Assembly (NCBI GenBank): GCA_964657965.1
Contig: CAZZWP010000003.1
Span: 8,451-72,450 of the forward strand
Direction of reading: 5' to 3'
DNA from: an uncultured Rudaea sp.
Lineage (GTDB): Bacteria; Pseudomonadota; Gammaproteobacteria; Xanthomonadales; Rhodanobacteraceae
DNA length: 64,000 nt
A model generated the notes under the pieces. It saw only the letters and a program-made list of their open reading frames with translations. It was not told the DNA's origin and made no database searches. Made by a program: the position numbers and the translations under genes. Below are positions 57,737 to 64,000 of the stretch, piece by piece; position 1 is the stretch's first letter, and the number at the start of each line of letters is the position of its first letter.

Positions 57737-58786
57737 TCAGGTTTGTTTCTGCAATTGCCGGATCATCCCCGACAATCCACCGTGTAGCGCGAATACGTTG
57801 AATCCGAGTTTACTGAGAATGAACGCCGCCGCCGCGCTTCGCTCGCCCGTATTGCAATAGACGATATATTTTTTCGAACGATCGAAATCGGACACGTTCT
57901 CGCGCAAAGTATACAAAGGCGCATTGATCGAGCCGTTGATCGCGCGCTCCGCGTGCTCTTCCGGCATGCGCACATCGAGTACGACGGCACCCTGCCGTGC
58001 CATGATCGATGCCATGCCGGGCGTCAGCCATTCGACAACCGGCGGCTTCATTACTTCGTCGAACGCTTTCTTGGCCAACCGCATGAGCTTGCCGTCTTTG
58101 ATCATCGTTACCGTCGCATTGCGCACGGTGTTCGCGAGCAATGCGTCTTCGCCAAACGTATCGCCTCGGACGAGATATGCGACAACGGCATGCCCGGTCT
58201 CCAGACTCTTCGAAACCGACGCGGCGCCTTCCTTGATCGCGTAGTAATAATCGGCTTCCTCGCCTTCGCGAATGATGACGTCGCCGCTTTTGACGCCGAT
58301 CTCTTCGAAGCGCTGAAACATGCGTTCGATGTTTCCGGTCGGCAGCTTGTGTAGCGCGCGCGATTGAAGCAGCCGGAAAACCCAACGGTTGGCATCAGGC
58401 GTTGGATCGAAGTGCCGAAAATTTTCCGCGCGAGATAACTGATCCCACGTCTGGATTTTTTCCATGTAGCGGCGGTCGAGCTTGATGATTTGCGCGGTGA
58501 ACGACGTCACCGTCGCCGTGAATCGGCGCGGCTGCAAATCGCCTAGTGCATAGCGACCTTGCAACGTGCTGGCATCGCTGTCCTTCTGTTTACCATCGGG
58601 ATAATCGCCGCGCACGCGGCCGCTCAACAGGAATATGGTGTGGTCGTCCGTGTCGCCCGCGCGAAACAGAACCTGATCGCGCGCAACTTCTTCCACCTTC
58701 GCCTCGCGCGCGAGCTGCTCCAGATTCTCCGGACGCAACCGGTCCAGCGGATAGAATTTCGCAAGATCATGGCTTTCGATGCTCAT
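57737..58786 (-). CDS. Tandem cyclic-nucleotide-binding domains fused to a C-terminal rhodanese domain
   Basis: Start at internal Met8 (MSIESHD), preceded by GGGGAG. Two cNMP-binding-like modules (VLFRAGDTDDHTIFLLSG, IIREGEEADYYYAIKEG...GDTFGEDALL). Rhodanese active-site loop YCNTGERS. Confidence 0.8.
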   Translation of the reverse strand: MSIESHDLAKFYPLDRLRPENLEQLAREAKVEEVARDQVLFRAGDTDDHTIFLLSGRVRGDYPDGKQKDSDASTLQGRYALGDLQPRRFTATVTSFTAQIIKLDRRYMEKIQTWDQLSRAENFRHFDPTPDANRWVFRLLQSRALHKLPTGNIERMFQRFEEIGVKSGDVIIREGEEADYYYAIKEGAASVSKSLETGHAVVAYLVRGDTFGEDALLANTVRNATVTMIKDGKLMRLAKKAFDEVMKPPVVEWLTPGMASIMARQGAVVLDVRMPEEHAERAINGSINAPLYTLRENVSDFDRSKKYIVYCNTGERSAAAAFILSKLGFNVFALHGGLSGMIRQLQKQT

Positions 58787-58837
58787 GCGCGCTCCCCGAG
58801 TCCGCACAAAGTGTAGCTCGCGCGGCTACCGACGGGA

Positions 58838-59584
58838 ATGGCCGCACTGGCCTATGATGGCCTAATGCAAAATCCGCCATCGAAACTAGCCGAAGAATTG
58901 AGCATCGCGGGATTCGCATTCGTCGAGGGTGCCGAGATCGACCGCGAACTCGATGGCGTCATCGATCGACCAGAATGGACTGAGTTCGCCGATAGCTGGA
59001 ACGATCTGGCGATGGACACGTACTTGGCCGAGCATGGCTCGTTTCGACGCCGGCGGCACGGGATTTTTTCCGTGTCGGTCGACGGCGATATTCGCCAAGA
59101 ACCGCATCAGCCGCACTATCAGAGCAAGACCTACAACACGCTGCAAGGCGGCATCGAGCGATGGTTCGAACCCTTATCGCCCGCGATTGCCTGCGGCGAT
59201 GTGCTGCGGCGAATTTTGCTGTTCTGCGCTAATACGTTCGGGCAGTTATCACCGCAAACGAGGAAGTGGCGCGGGGAGGTTCATCAGTTTCGCATCGAGG
59301 CAAGACCGGGGCAGGACGGGCTGCCTACGCCGGAAGGCGTGCATCGCGATGGCGTCGACTATGTTCTGGTCATGATGGTTTGCCGCACGAACATCGCAAG
59401 CGGAACGACATCCATTCACGATGTCTACGGACGGCGGCTCGGCAGTTTCACGCTGACCGAGCCCCTCGACGCGGCGCTTGTCGACGATCATCGCGTGCTC
59501 CATAGCGTCACGCCCGTGCGGGCGATAGATGAGTCAACTGTATCGTTCAGGGACGTGCTGGTCATCACTTTGAAAAAAGTGTAG
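58838..59584 (+). CDS. 2OG-Fe(II) dioxygenase family protein (PF10014-like)
   Basis: 248 aa with an HxD...H triad in context (PEGVHRDGVDYVLV ... DDHRVLHSVTPV). Family assignment is from memory of the 2OG-Fe_Oxy_2 pattern. Confidence 0.65.
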   Translation: MAALAYDGLMQNPPSKLAEELSIAGFAFVEGAEIDRELDGVIDRPEWTEFADSWNDLAMDTYLAEHGSFRRRRHGIFSVSVDGDIRQEPHQPHYQSKTYNTLQGGIERWFEPLSPAIACGDVLRRILLFCANTFGQLSPQTRKWRGEVHQFRIEARPGQDGLPTPEGVHRDGVDYVLVMMVCRTNIASGTTSIHDVYGRRLGSFTLTEPLDAALVDDHRVLHSVTPVRAIDESTVSFRDVLVITLKKV

Positions 59585-59636
59585 AAATATACACGGAATT
59601 ATCTGTGGCCATCATCGATTCGTCGCCCGCAGCGAT

Positions 59637-61298
59637 TCAATTCAACGTTTTCTGTGCAACCGGCACGGGCAATCTGTACAAGACCTGCAGCAACCGGCTG
59701 AGCCCCGCACTATTCACACCGTAGATTATCGCGTCCACAACGACCGACATTCGCGCAACACCGTCGGGTCCTATCTCCTCCGCTTCAATGCCCCAAGGCT
59801 CGAATCGAACGTCCACAGGCCTGAAGCCATCGGTGTCGATAAGCATGGTATTTAGATAGTTCAACGATTCATTGATCTGCACCGGCAAGCCGCGCACGAG
59901 GGTCGCCGCCAATGTCGGATTCTCGATGGGCAGAATTCCGACCGCCTGCTCGGACAAGGTGCGTAGCGCGGTCGCCTGAAGATCTTCGTCCTGCAGGTCG
60001 GCCATGCGCACTGTAGCGTCAAGCAACGATCTTATCGGAGCTTCTTGTGCAAAGCGTATTCCGACATTAATGAGCTTAAGGAACGCATCCGGGGTTTTTG
60101 TTGCATATATCTTTAGTTGTTCATAGGGAATTAATTCCATATTCTTCAGTACTTGGATTTGCATATCACGGGGCTGACTTTTCAACAATTCCTCGACTTG
60201 TTCCATAAGCTCAGTCAATTCCGTCAATTTAGTTCCTGTGACGTTGTTGGCCTTGGCGATCGCATTGGTCGCCGTTTGCACCAGCGAACTCAGCGTCGCG
60301 CCGGGCACGGCGGCGGCCAGCACTTGCTCGCTCACGCTTAAAGCCTTTTGTGCTTCCGCTGCGGGCTGCAATAACATGCCCACCGCCCCATCGCCCGCCG
60401 CACCGAGCATATAAATTGCCGGGGCTGATGCCGTCATGGCAGCGAGAATAATTGTCTGATTGGTTGGATCGTCCAGCAGTCTGCCGCTGGTCAAGCCATC
60501 GTGAATTTCCGACCAGTTTCGATACGTCATCTTATTGGGCGGATTCGGATAGTCCCCATCGAAATCTTTCGAGCCGATGACCGTGGTATAGCCTGGCGGT
60601 AATTCGTAACCGGCGGAGATTTGTTCGCACGTCACCGACGTAGTGACGCTTGTTATGTCGTCGAACGGATTGCATGACCATATCCCGCCTTCCACCATGT
60701 TGAGATAATTTTGTCGCTCGGCAACGACGCGTTCCTTGCTCTGGGCGCTCATGAATTCGCCGGCGCCGCCATCCAGAGGAGCATTGCTGACGGTATCGGT
60801 CGGTCTGCCGTCGGTGGTCGAGCCGGTCTGCCTTGTCCAATGTATGGCGGCGATGTCGTCGTTCGAAAACTGTGATGTGTCGGCGAAAAAGTTGTACGGC
60901 TTTGGCGGCGCATCGCCTGCGGTTCCGCCGCTGCCACTGCCGCCGGTGGTGCCGCCTCCACTACCGCCACTGCCGTGACTTCCGCCTCCTGATCCGCTCC
61001 CGCCTGTGAATGGCGGCGGTGAACTGGCGATAGGACGGCAGATTTCGATACAAATGATCGCGGAACAAAAACCGACCGGCGACTGCCCCGACGGACACTC
61101 GCCCGACGGCGGCGTGACGCCGCCTCCGGGAATGCAGTCGGGGTTGAAGGGTGACGAACATTCCTGTGCGTATGCGTGCTCGATCAAGGACGGCGCCAGG
61201 CTCGCTAGCGCTATCCACATTCCACTCAGCTGCGCGATGCGTTGCCATCGCGATGCATTACGCGTCTTATTACTCATGTCGTTTCTCAATTCCATCAT
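59637..61298 (-). CDS. Secreted protein of unknown family: signal peptide, 6-Cys module, Gly/Ser linker, ~420-aa C-terminal region
   Basis: 553-aa ORF (an alternative start at Met8 is 61277). Signal peptide ending AYA|QE. Six Cys within about 40 aa. GGSGSGGGSHGSGGSGGGTTGGSGSGG linker. The start overlaps the stop of the upstream SBBP gene. G+C is lower than in the core genes. Confidence 0.7.
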   Translation of the reverse strand: MMELRNDMSNKTRNASRWQRIAQLSGMWIALASLAPSLIEHAYAQECSSPFNPDCIPGGGVTPPSGECPSGQSPVGFCSAIICIEICRPIASSPPPFTGGSGSGGGSHGSGGSGGGTTGGSGSGGTAGDAPPKPYNFFADTSQFSNDDIAAIHWTRQTGSTTDGRPTDTVSNAPLDGGAGEFMSAQSKERVVAERQNYLNMVEGGIWSCNPFDDITSVTTSVTCEQISAGYELPPGYTTVIGSKDFDGDYPNPPNKMTYRNWSEIHDGLTSGRLLDDPTNQTIILAAMTASAPAIYMLGAAGDGAVGMLLQPAAEAQKALSVSEQVLAAAVPGATLSSLVQTATNAIAKANNVTGTKLTELTELMEQVEELLKSQPRDMQIQVLKNMELIPYEQLKIYATKTPDAFLKLINVGIRFAQEAPIRSLLDATVRMADLQDEDLQATALRTLSEQAVGILPIENPTLAATLVRGLPVQINESLNYLNTMLIDTDGFRPVDVRFEPWGIEAEEIGPDGVARMSVVVDAIIYGVNSAGLSRLLQVLYRLPVPVAQKTLN

Positions 61299-63088
61299 GG
61301 CGTGGTGCTCAGTATTCCGACGACGCCGTCGCGTTGCGTACTTCCGGTTGGGTCAAGTGCGTCGCTTGTCACGGGGAAATCCGCGCTCAGCGTGCTTCCG
61401 GTCAGGTACAGGGCGGTACTCGCGTCGTTCAACATCATGTCGCCCAGGCTGTTGGCGTACGTGCCGCCGAAGCCGAGGGTGTACGCGATAGTCGATCCCT
61501 TATCCGAACTTTGCAGGCGAACGAGAAACAGATTTTCGCCCGAAAAAATGGGTTGGGAATCGACGGAGGAAATGTCCTCTTCCGGAATTTGATCGGCCGA
61601 CAAATTGGTGAGCGACTTGCGGCGCGCACCCGCCACGTTGCAAGCGATATATACGTTGTCCGATGCGTCCGCCGCCAGTCCTTGCGCCACGGCCAGCGCA
61701 CAATGGTTGGTTACACTTTCGGGTCCGAAGCCGACGTAGCTCTGATACGCAAACGCGGGTGTTGACGTTCCGCTCGCGTAACCGTTCGGTGTGACCTTCA
61801 ACAGCGCGGGATCGCGAAAGCCGCCGAGAGTTTTTTTTACCGCTTGATCGGTGGTGAACAGGCAGTAACCATTGGTCAACATGAGCAGATACATGTTGTC
61901 GTTCGAGTCGACGGCGACTTTTTCGCCGGTTGTGTGATAAATCCGCAAAGGATCGGATGCGCTGCAGGCGCCGGCCGCCGAGTCGACGACGCTATAGGCG
62001 ATCGACGACAACGCCGGGTCGAACTCGGTCATCACGGCGTCGGTAATGCCTACCATTCCATCGAGAGTGAGCGATTCCGAGACGTCGATCGGCAAGTAAG
62101 CATTGGACGAGATCGGATACTTGCTCGGTGTCAAAGAGCCCTCCGTCCATTCGTACCACAAGCGGTCGATATGGTTGAGCGAGCCGCCGACGAGAATGTT
62201 TCCAGTCGAATCAATGGCGACGCTAGCCAGGCTCACCGAACTTTCATGGTCGTCGGAATCCTGGACGCCCAAGTAAGTGCTGTTCACGACGTTACCGGCG
62301 TAGTCCAGAACCGTGATTACTCCAGACTGCCGGCCGCTCAGCGTTTTCTGATAGGAAGCCGCGGGAACGGGTCCTGTGACGACCGGATAGAATTCCGACG
62401 TCGTGTTCCCTGCGATGACAATATTTCCGGTAGGCGTTGCGCGCAACGCATTGACGGCGGTGATGCTGGTGAGCGGATGCAACGGATCGTCAGTGGGTGC
62501 GGGAATGTCGCCGAATAACTTAGACCATTGCAGAATGAGACCTGGACCCGCCGGGTCGCCGGGTGGCCTCGGTTTGAATTTCTGCACGAACCCCAGTGCA
62601 TTGCCAGCCGGGACAGAAGCTGGATGATTTGCATCTCCAGAATCAACGAGCGTAGTAATCCCGGCCACGTAGAGCGTACCCCAAAGGTCCGTATCGACCG
62701 CGGTAACGCGGCACTCGCCATTCGCTAGCGATGCGTTACGGTCGAGTCGAGCGGCGCCGGTCAAGGGTTCCAGCGTAGGTTTGGGAAATGGCAGCACCAC
62801 GCTGAAGTCGAGCGTTTTGCCGTCCGGCCCGAGTCGACTGACGAAGCAAAGCAACTGCTCGCCATGTAGCGTCGACGGAAATGGATTTGCGCCGAGCGCC
62901 GATAAGTCGCGGGAATTGGTGGCGCCGCCAATATAGATGTTGCCCAGGAAATCGCGCGCGATTGAGGTGGGATTATCCTCACCGCTTCCGCCCAAAAAAG
63001 TAGCGTAGTTCAAGGCCGGCATTGCCACTGAAATAAGAGGGCAGCAAATAATCGCAAGAACGAAACATGTAATTAGCTTTTTACACAT
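61295..63088 (-). CDS. Secreted SBBP-type beta-propeller repeat protein
   Basis: 597 aa with a signal peptide (MCKKLITCFVLAIICCPLISVA). Repeats of the type (Y/F)LGGSGEDNP..IA.D..GNIYIGG.T.S.D and the terminal YLTGSTLSADFPVTSDAL...DGVVGIL. Confidence 0.7.
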   Translation of the reverse strand: MCKKLITCFVLAIICCPLISVAMPALNYATFLGGSGEDNPTSIARDFLGNIYIGGATNSRDLSALGANPFPSTLHGEQLLCFVSRLGPDGKTLDFSVVLPFPKPTLEPLTGAARLDRNASLANGECRVTAVDTDLWGTLYVAGITTLVDSGDANHPASVPAGNALGFVQKFKPRPPGDPAGPGLILQWSKLFGDIPAPTDDPLHPLTSITAVNALRATPTGNIVIAGNTTSEFYPVVTGPVPAASYQKTLSGRQSGVITVLDYAGNVVNSTYLGVQDSDDHESSVSLASVAIDSTGNILVGGSLNHIDRLWYEWTEGSLTPSKYPISSNAYLPIDVSESLTLDGMVGITDAVMTEFDPALSSIAYSVVDSAAGACSASDPLRIYHTTGEKVAVDSNDNMYLLMLTNGYCLFTTDQAVKKTLGGFRDPALLKVTPNGYASGTSTPAFAYQSYVGFGPESVTNHCALAVAQGLAADASDNVYIACNVAGARRKSLTNLSADQIPEEDISSVDSQPIFSGENLFLVRLQSSDKGSTIAYTLGFGGTYANSLGDMMLNDASTALYLTGSTLSADFPVTSDALDPTGSTQRDGVVGILSTTP

Positions 63089-63132
63089 ATTATACCTTTA
63101 TACAATTTCATCGGTTCACGATCACACGGGCT

Positions 63133-64000
63133 TTACGGCAGCGTAAACAGCCCTATCAAGCCGTCACTGCCGCCATTGATCGTCGGGGACATTGCGCTGG
63201 GAGTCATCAGTAGATCGCCGCTTTTTGTCGTACCGACGACGCCCATCGTTTTCCCGCCGGAAGCGATAACGCTGTCCAGCATGACGGTTGAGTACGTTCC
63301 TCCAAAGCCTGTTACGGATTCGACGTTTGACGATGATCCGTCGCCAGCGATCGTCAGACGCTCGAGGAAGATATTGGCCGTTTTCAGATTGCGGATCTGA
63401 TTAATGGCTGCCGAATAGGCAGGCCATAAAGCGGGCTGCGCCCCGACCGCGTTGTGAATTACGTAGACGGTTGAATCACTTCCGGCGGGGAGTCCGCCGA
63501 TTGCCTGCACCTTGAGCGAACTAGTGATATCGCCTCCCAAATCCAGGTACGTGACGTAGTCCAGCACTTTCTTCGTGTTGAGCCGCATGAGATATCCCGC
63601 GCTGCTGGCCCTGGGCGTTTTTTGGACGGCGTTGCCCGTCACCGCCAGGCACGGAGAGGTGGTTGTACCAACCATGTATAGGTTTCCGGCGCTGTCTGAT
63701 GACACGGCGGAGGTATCCGTTACGGCTGCGTACTTCTTGCCGAAAGGGTCGGCTAGTCCCGACATGCACTCGGTGTCCAGGCTCGGGTGAATAAAACTGC
63801 CGTAGACCAATTTCTTTAGGTCTGGCGCGAGTATTCCGACGAATCCGCTGGTTGAGTCTTCGTTGAGATTCCCAAACGCGTCGGCTGAAATCTGCATGTT
63901 CTGGGAATCGGTGCTTCCGACGACAACGATGTTCCCCGCTTCGTCCAACGTAATTCCATTGACACGCGTCGTGGCGGCAGCGCGCCCCGCGCGGGCGGGT
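63133..64000 (-). CDS. SBBP-type beta-propeller repeat protein, paralog of 61295..63088 (5' end outside the window)
   Basis: The track starts it at a TTG (63948). As I read it, the frame stays open to the window edge (..AAATTRVNGITLDEAGNIVVVGSTDS). The C-terminus aligns with the neighbour (N(L/I)FL.RL, GFGGTY, DG.(V/I)G). Confidence 0.65.
   Translation of the reverse strand, partial: PARAGRAAATTRVNGITLDEAGNIVVVGSTDSQNMQISADAFGNLNEDSTSGFVGILAPDLKKLVYGSFIHPSLDTECMSGLADPFGKKYAAVTDTSAVSSDSAGNLYMVGTTTSPCLAVTGNAVQKTPRASSAGYLMRLNTKKVLDYVTYLDLGGDITSSLKVQAIGGLPAGSDSTVYVIHNAVGAQPALWPAYSAAINQIRNLKTANIFLERLTIAGDGSSSNVESVTGFGGTYSTVMLDSVIASGGKTMGVVGTTKSGDLLMTPSAMSPTINGGSDGLIGLFTLP

Noticed and set aside
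59585-59636. Looked for tRNA genes, direct repeats or att-like sequences at the left edge of the lower-G+C block, and in the 63089-63132 spacer.
   Set aside because: None were seen, so mobile-element status cannot be claimed from this window.
60915-61007. Repetitive GGN/AGY-rich DNA that at first glance looks like a short tandem repeat array.
   Set aside because: It is in frame and encodes the Gly/Ser linker of the 553-aa protein. There is no spacer/repeat periodicity, so it is not a CRISPR or VNTR locus.

Overview
About 64 kb of high-G+C gammaproteobacterial chromosome. The synteny looks Xanthomonadales- or Nevskiales-like, but the taxon cannot be fixed from sequence alone. I support about 57 protein genes, one sRNA (6S/ssrS), one cobalamin riboswitch and a few intrinsic-terminator hairpins. 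I saw no tRNA, rRNA, CRISPR, IS element, integrase or recognisable defence genes. Most of the window is core. In order: pilMNOPQ (minus strand) divergent from ponA; gltA; rpmE2; mscK; and a long minus-strand run yicC-gmk-[mlaFEDCB, mlaA]-rpoZ-spoT-ridA-recG-methyltransferase-nucleoside hydrolase. Then come rph-rdgB-hemW-cupin-CPXCG; B12 riboswitch-btuB; a DUF1631-like gene plus PilZ; pepQ; cydP-like-cydABX; VirJ-mprF with a convergent acvB; and pepP-ygfB. The rest is a large propeller/PAS/GGDEF/EAL sensor; zapB-like-zapA-ssrS-ygfA-EVE-rpiA; and a cNMP-rhodanese gene divergent from a 2OG-Fe oxygenase. The least ordinary parts are five. (1) A lower-G+C block from about 59.6 kb to the window end carries two tandem SBBP-type beta-propeller paralogs coupled to an unrecognisable Cys-rich/Gly-linker secreted protein. 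(2) An 856-aa Ig-like repeat lipoprotein sits as a sixth gene behind pilQ. (3) A DUF1631-like protein with a long disordered insert sits next to a canonical PilZ receptor. (4) mprF is bracketed by two VirJ/AcvB hydrolases. (5) Second-messenger genes are dense across the window. None of these is demonstrably a new system from sequence alone. CDS coordinates follow the ORF track and include stop codons. The track renders GTG/TTG starts as M. Starts were re-picked where the conserved N-terminus or the neighbouring gene demanded it. Coordinates of non-CDS features were read by eye and may be off by a few nt.
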